From Candidatus Multivoradales bacterium (GTDB lineage: Bacteria > Acidobacteriota > Thermoanaerobaculia > Multivoradales > JAHEKO01), in assembly GCA_965223855.1 (NCBI GenBank), contig CBDCXM010000009.1, forward strand, positions 768,001 to 832,000: a DNA stretch of 64,000 nucleotides, in the 5' to 3' direction. The position numbers were made by a program, and so were the translations under genes. A model generated the notes under the pieces. That model did not search any database and had not been told where the DNA came from. It worked only from the letters and a program-made list of their open reading frames with translations. Within the stretch, counting starts at the first letter, position 1. Each line of letters starts with the position of its first letter. Below, piece by piece: positions 59,073 through 64,000 of the stretch.

Positions 59073-61379
59073 ATGAAGAGAGTTTCTCTCCACCCCGATG
59101 TCGAGGATAAGGTCCTCGACCACCTCGTGGTCCACTATGGAGTAGGGCGCGACCTCGCCGAGCCGCTCCGCCGTCTGTCGGGAGAGAACCTCAACGTCGC
59201 GGTCGCGGCCGGCGGCGTGAAGGGTGTGTTCAAGGTAGCGACCCAGGGGCAGTCGTGGGAGGCGGTCGACTTCGAGCACCGCCTGACCGCCTCGCTCGCC
59301 GAGCAGGGGGGGCTCGAGTTGCCGCTCTCGGTCGCCGCCGTCGACGGCAGCTTCGTCACCGGTTTCCGCGATCCACAGGGCCGCGAGTGGCCGGCACGCC
59401 TCCTGCGGCGCCTCTCAGGCACCCCCTGGGGGGAGCTCGACGACAGGCCGGTCGAGCTTCATGCCGATCTGGGGCGGAATCTCGGTCGGCTCGCCCGGCG
59501 GCTGGCGGCGTTCGAGGAGGGCGGCCCCGCTCTAGCGGCGACCGCCAACGAGCCATGGGATCTCACGCGGGCGCACCAGCACCGCGCCGCGGTGGCGCTC
59601 GTCCCCGATCTCGACCGCCGGCTCGAGCTCGATCAGGCGTTGAGGATCTTCCAGGCCGCCCGCGCCGACCTCGAAGCTCTCCCGCGGACCCTGATCCACG
59701 GCGACGTCAACGACGAGAACGTGCTGTGCCGGGGCGGCAGGGTGTCGGGGCTGATCGACTTCGGCGACGTCTGCCGGGCGCCCCAGGTAGTGGAGCTCGC
59801 GATCGCCTGCACCTACGCACTGCTCCACGAGCCTCCCGAGCGGGTCGCCCACCTCGTCGCCGGCTACCACGCCGAACGGCCCCTCGAGCAGGCCGAGATG
59901 GAGCTGGTGGTGCCGCTCGTCTTCGGTCGCCTCGCCACCAGCGCGGCGATGGCGGCGCGGCGGCGCCGCGACGAGCCCGAACACCCGACCTGGTTCGCCT
60001 CCGAGGCGGCGGTGTGGCGAGTCCTGTCGAGCGTCCTGGCCGCGGGGCCGCGAGCCCTGGGTGACGTGCTGCTCGGAGAGATCGTCGAGCGTCCTGCCTC
60101 GCCGACGGCCGAAGCCCTGATGACCGAGCGCCGGCGTCGCATCGGCCCTTCGCTGTCGGTCTCCTACGACTCGCCGCTGGTGATCGAGCGCGGGCGTGGC
60201 CCGTACCTGATCGATCGCGACGGCCGCCCGTTCCTGGACCTCGTCAACAACGTCTGCCATGTCGGCCATTGCCATCCTCGGGTGGTCGCCGCCGGTCAGC
60301 GGCAGATGGCGCGCCTCAACACCAACAGCCGCTACCTCTATCCGGGGATGACCGCCTACGCCGAGCGGCTGTGCGAGACCCTGCCAGAGCGCTTCGAGAT
60401 CTGCTACTTCGTCAACTCGGGGAGCGAAGCGAACGAGCTGGCGCTGCGCCTCGCGCACGCCGCGACCGGCCGCCGCGGGGTGCTGGTGGTCGACGGCGCG
60501 TACCACGGCAACACGGCGCGACTGGTGGCGGCGAGCCCCTACAAGTTCCTCGGCCCCGGGGGGAGCGGCCGCCCCGCGCCATGGCTCGCCACCGCACCGA
60601 TGCCCGACGTCTATCGCGGGCCTCACCGCGACGGCGCCGCCTATGCGGAGACGGTGCGAGCGGCGCTCGCCGCCGCCGCCGAGCCGGTGGGGGCGTTCCT
60701 GATCGAGCCGCTCCTCGGGTGCGGCGGCCAGATCGTCCCGCCGGAGGGCTATCTCGCCGCGGCCTTCGAGCACGCCCGCGCCGCCGGCGCGGTGCCGATC
60801 GCCGACGAGGTACAGGTCGGCTTCGGCCGCGTCGGCACTCACTTCTGGGCCTTCGAGGCCCAGGGCGCCGAGCCCGACATCGTCGTCGCCGGCAAGCCGA
60901 TCGGCAACGGTCACCCGATGTCGGCGGTCGTCACCACGCGGGCGATCGCCGAAGCGTTCGCCAACGGCATGGAGTTCTTCAGCACCTTCGGCGGCAACCC
61001 GGTGTCGTGCGCGATCGGCATGGCGGTGCTCGACGTCATCGAGGAGGAGGGTCTGCAACAGCACGCTCTCGAGGTCGGCGCGCGGTTTCGCAGCGGCCTC
61101 GAGGAGCTCGCTTCACGTCATCCGGCGATCGGTGACGTGCGCGGCCTCGGGCTCTTCGTCGGCGTCGAGCTGGTGGTCGACCGCGAGAGCCGTGAGCCGG
61201 CGGCTGCGCTCGCTACTGCTGTGATCGACCGGATGCGCCGGCACGGCGTCCTGCTGTCGACCGACGGGCCGCTCCACAACGTGCTCAAGATCAAGCCGCC
61301 GATGGTGCTCGACGCCGAAGACGTGGCGGCCGCGCTGCGGGCTCTCGACGAAGCGCTGAGCGTCGCGACTAGAACGTAA
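59073..61379 (+). CDS. Fusion of an APH-type phosphotransferase and a class III aminotransferase-fold phospholyase (hydroxylysine kinase/PHYKPL-like)
   Basis: IHGDVNDEN and IDFGD; then [59 protein letters not shown]. Confidence 0.88.
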   Translation: MKRVSLHPDVEDKVLDHLVVHYGVGRDLAEPLRRLSGENLNVAVAAGGVKGVFKVATQGQSWEAVDFEHRLTASLAEQGGLELPLSVAAVDGSFVTGFRDPQGREWPARLLRRLSGTPWGELDDRPVELHADLGRNLGRLARRLAAFEEGGPALAATANEPWDLTRAHQHRAAVALVPDLDRRLELDQALRIFQAARADLEALPRTLIHGDVNDENVLCRGGRVSGLIDFGDVCRAPQVVELAIACTYALLHEPPERVAHLVAGYHAERPLEQAEMELVVPLVFGRLATSAAMAARRRRDEPEHPTWFASEAAVWRVLSSVLAAGPRALGDVLLGEIVERPASPTAEALMTERRRRIGPSLSVSYDSPLVIERGRGPYLIDRDGRPFLDLVNNVCHVGHCHPRVVAAGQRQMARLNTNSRYLYPGMTAYAERLCETLPERFEICYFVNSGSEANELALRLAHAATGRRGVLVVDGAYHGNTARLVAASPYKFLGPGGSGRPAPWLATAPMPDVYRGPHRDGAAYAETVRAALAAAAEPVGAFLIEPLLGCGGQIVPPEGYLAAAFEHARAAGAVPIADEVQVGFGRVGTHFWAFEAQGAEPDIVVAGKPIGNGHPMSAVVTTRAIAEAFANGMEFFSTFGGNPVSCAIGMAVLDVIEEEGLQQHALEVGARFRSGLEELASRHPAIGDVRGLGLFVGVELVVDRESREPAAALATAVIDRMRRHGVLLSTDGPLHNVLKIKPPMVLDAEDVAAALRALDEALSVATRT

Positions 61380-62445
61380 AGTCGACGCCGAAGAGCGCCC
61401 GCACCTCGCGATCGCCGCCGTCGAGCCCCTCGATCGCATTGGCGGCGAACACCAGCCCGGCCTTGCCGACCACGTGGCCGATCGAGATGCCGAGGACCAG
61501 CTGGTCGAACGGGTCGTCGGTCATGTTGGTGCCGAAGACGAGGCCCCAGGAACGGCGAAAGCGCGACTTGCGGCCGGGCGAAACGTCGAGTCGCGGGCGC
61601 TGGCCGGGAAAGTAGAACTTGGCGAGAGCGTAGGCGTTGAAGTGTGGGTCGGAAGAGGTCTCGCCGAGAGCGGTGTCGTCGACGCCGAAGGTCGCTCCCA
61701 GACCGACGCTGAAGGCGGTCGAGCTGGCGCGCGAGTTCGAGAGGTGAGCGGTGATCGACTGGAAGTTGACCGGGCTCCCCGACGCCGGCGACAGGGTCAG
61801 CCGCGAGACGATGTCGGCGGCGATCGGCAGACGCGTGCTGCCGATGTAGAGCGGGTTGTCGTCCTCCGCCCCGGCGAGGCGACGCCAGCTCAGCGTCTTC
61901 TCCTCCGCGGAGCTCTGGGACGTCGGCGCCGTCGAGCCGGCATCGACGCCGAAGAGACCGATCATGCCGGCGAACGGGTTGACCTCCTTCTCCTGGATGG
62001 TCGTCAGCTGGGCGTTCATCTCGACCTTTTCGTCGGACACGACGAGCACCCAGAGATGCTCGACGCCCAGCAGGTACGGTGTGTTGCGGCGGTCGAAGAT
62101 CAGAAGCGGCTGGCCGACCTCCAGGGTGCCGTCCTCGGCCTTGCGCAGTCGGACGATGAAGTCCGGCAGGTCGTCGCGATAGCTCCCCTGGAAGAGGGTT
62201 CGCAGCAGCTCCTCGCCCGGCTCGCAGACCTCCTCGATCCGCGTGCACTCCGCCTCGGCCCTTGCCAGCAGGCGCCGCACCGGCGTGTCGTCCTGGTGGA
62301 TCGGCATCGCGTCGAAGTAGGAGGCGGGGCTCTGAGGATCGAGCTTGGTCTTCTTCTTGCGCGGCGACTGCGCGCTCGTGCTCGGGGTCGTCAGGGCGAC
62401 GGCGATCAGCGCCGCCAGCGCGATCGTGCTCGAACGTCGGATCAT
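61369..62445 (-). CDS. Secreted hypothetical protein, possibly with a C-terminal beta-strand (outer-membrane-like) region
   Basis: GAGGAG RBS, signal peptide, alternating C-terminus ALFGVDFTF. Confidence 0.55.
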   Translation of the reverse strand: MIRRSSTIALAALIAVALTTPSTSAQSPRKKKTKLDPQSPASYFDAMPIHQDDTPVRRLLARAEAECTRIEEVCEPGEELLRTLFQGSYRDDLPDFIVRLRKAEDGTLEVGQPLLIFDRRNTPYLLGVEHLWVLVVSDEKVEMNAQLTTIQEKEVNPFAGMIGLFGVDAGSTAPTSQSSAEEKTLSWRRLAGAEDDNPLYIGSTRLPIAADIVSRLTLSPASGSPVNFQSITAHLSNSRASSTAFSVGLGATFGVDDTALGETSSDPHFNAYALAKFYFPGQRPRLDVSPGRKSRFRRSWGLVFGTNMTDDPFDQLVLGISIGHVVGKAGLVFAANAIEGLDGGDREVRALFGVDFTF

Positions 62446-62603
62446 CGGTCTCTCCTCGTGGAAAGCTCGCCTTCGGGGGAGGCTGCGCTCTTGGGGGAAC
62501 GCGCGAAGTCTAGCCTGAACGCCCCCCGACTTCCCGCCCGGGCCGCGTCCTGCTGAATCTGCGGCTTCGCCCTGCTTCTCGATGCATCCACGGCTGCGGG
62601 GAC

Positions 62604-64000
62604 TCAGGTCAAAGAGCCTTCTCTCTCGAGCGCCTGCGGCGAGGAGGGCTTGATACCGAAGGAGCCGAACCGCGAGCCGAAGGCGACCAGCAACGAGAAC
62701 AGCGGGCCGCCGTAACAGAACGCCGCCCATGGCGCGTACTCGACGGTCGGCACCCCGAGGGTCGTCGCCATGAAGATCCCCGACACCGTCCATGGCATCA
62801 GCGCCTCGACCACCGTCACCGAATCCTCGAGCGAGCGCGACAGGTTCTCCGGCGCCAGTCCGCGGTCACGGTAGGCGGGCTGGAACATCTCGCCGACGAT
62901 CAGCGCGGTGACCCCGGCGTGGCTGGTGAGCGAGATCATCGTCATGCCTGCGGCGAGCGTCGAGACGATCAGGCCGAAGGTCGAGCGCACGACCCCGAGC
63001 AGGGCGCCGAGGATCCGAGCGAGGGCACCGGAGACGTCCATCGCGGCGGCGAGCACGAACGCCGCGATGACGACGATCAGGGTGTTCGCCATCGAATAGA
63101 GACCCCCCCGATCGACCAGCGTCTCGAGGAGCGGACTCACGGCCGCCGGATCGATGTTGCGACTCGCCAGCATCTGCGGGTCGAAGCCGCTGACCGCCGC
63201 CGCCAGCACCTGATCGAGGCCGAAGCCCTGCACCGCGATTCCCAGCACCATGGCGACCACCGAGGCGCCGGCGAGCACCAGCGCCGGCGGCCGGCGCGCG
63301 GCGACGCCGAGGAGCACGAGCGCCATCGGCATGAGCGCCCACGGCGAGGTGACGAAGGTCGACTCGATCTCGGTCGCCAGTTCGACCGCACCGGCGGGGG
63401 CGGCCTCGGTGGCGCCGCCGGCCCAGGCGAACACCGCCAGGGCGACGAGGAACGACGGCAGCGACGTGTAGAGCAGGTGGCGGATGTGAGCGTAGAGGTT
63501 CGCCCCAGCGCCGAGGGCGCAGATGTTGGTCGAGTCCGACAGCGCCGAGAGCTTGTCGCCGAAGTAGGCGCCCGACACGACCGCCCCGGCGGTCGCCGGC
63601 AGCGGGGAACCGACCGCGGTGGCGGCGCCCATCAGCGCGACGCCCAGCGTGCCGGCCGAGCCCCACGAGGTGCCGGTGGCGAGCGACATCGCCGCGGTCG
63701 AGAGGAACGCCGTGACGACGAACCAGCGTGGCTCCACCAGCTCGAGGCCGAGCTTCACCAGCAGCGGGATGGTGCCGGAGGCGACCCAGGTCCCGATCAG
63801 CATGCCGATCGCCAGCAGGATCAGGATCACCGGCAGCACGGCGGCGAGCTTGGTTCCGGTCGAGTGCTCGATGTCGCCCCAGGTGGCGCCGCGCCGCAGG
63901 GCGATCAACCCGGCGACCGAGGCGGCGGCGAGCATCGACGAGATCAGGATCTCGTTCGACAGGCCGAAGGTCAGCGCGCCGCCGGCGAAGCAGGCGACGA
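62604..64000 (-). CDS. nhaC: NhaC-family Na+/H+ antiporter or amino-acid transporter (5' truncated)
   Basis: GTSWGSAGTLG, SGAYFGDK, SDST, LSRSLED, PWTVSG. Confidence 0.88.
   Translation of the reverse strand, partial: VACFAGGALTFGLSNEILISSMLAAASVAGLIALRRGATWGDIEHSTGTKLAAVLPVILILLAIGMLIGTWVASGTIPLLVKLGLELVEPRWFVVTAFLSTAAMSLATGTSWGSAGTLGVALMGAATAVGSPLPATAGAVVSGAYFGDKLSALSDSTNICALGAGANLYAHIRHLLYTSLPSFLVALAVFAWAGGATEAAPAGAVELATEIESTFVTSPWALMPMALVLLGVAARRPPALVLAGASVVAMVLGIAVQGFGLDQVLAAAVSGFDPQMLASRNIDPAAVSPLLETLVDRGGLYSMANTLIVVIAAFVLAAAMDVSGALARILGALLGVVRSTFGLIVSTLAAGMTMISLTSHAGVTALIVGEMFQPAYRDRGLAPENLSRSLEDSVTVVEALMPWTVSGIFMATTLGVPTVEYAPWAAFCYGGPLFSLLVAFGSRFGSFGIKPSSPQALEREGSLT

Overview
High-GC bacterial chromosome segment. 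The gene content and the C-terminal D-[GD]-F-E-S-G-D motif on secreted proteins suggest Acidobacteriota, probably Thermoanaerobaculia-like (inference). The window spans the replication origin region: gyrA-gyrB-dnaN-dnaA on the minus strand, then an ~11 kb block (sppA, mutY, recR-ybaB-dnaX, SRP RNA, two tRNA-Ser, tadA), then rpmH-rnpA-yidD-yidC-jag-rsmG-parA-parB with parS sites. Housekeeping and competence genes follow (pyrD, pyrF, 2x lepB, comEA, pilin, cutA, typA). The right-hand accessory region holds a tandem-domain Ser/Thr kinase and a compact RiPP cluster (47.2-54.9 kb), then a DUF4331/DUF4198/ECF sigma-anti-sigma module, a kinase-phospholyase fusion and an NhaC transporter. Most notable: (1) the RiPP cluster, with a Nif11-like precursor lacking a Gly-Gly site and ending in DTTCAA, a YcaO, a SagB-type dehydrogenase, a Cx7Cx2C B12 radical SAM and an S53 protease; (2) a family of structured repeats behind both tRNA-Ser genes whose ends match the local tRNA; (3) a stand-alone LAGLIDADG-like gene whose start lies inside a duplicated parS unit; (4) a sigma54-type promoter ahead of a candidate sRNA. 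All product calls come from motif recognition by eye; no searches were run.
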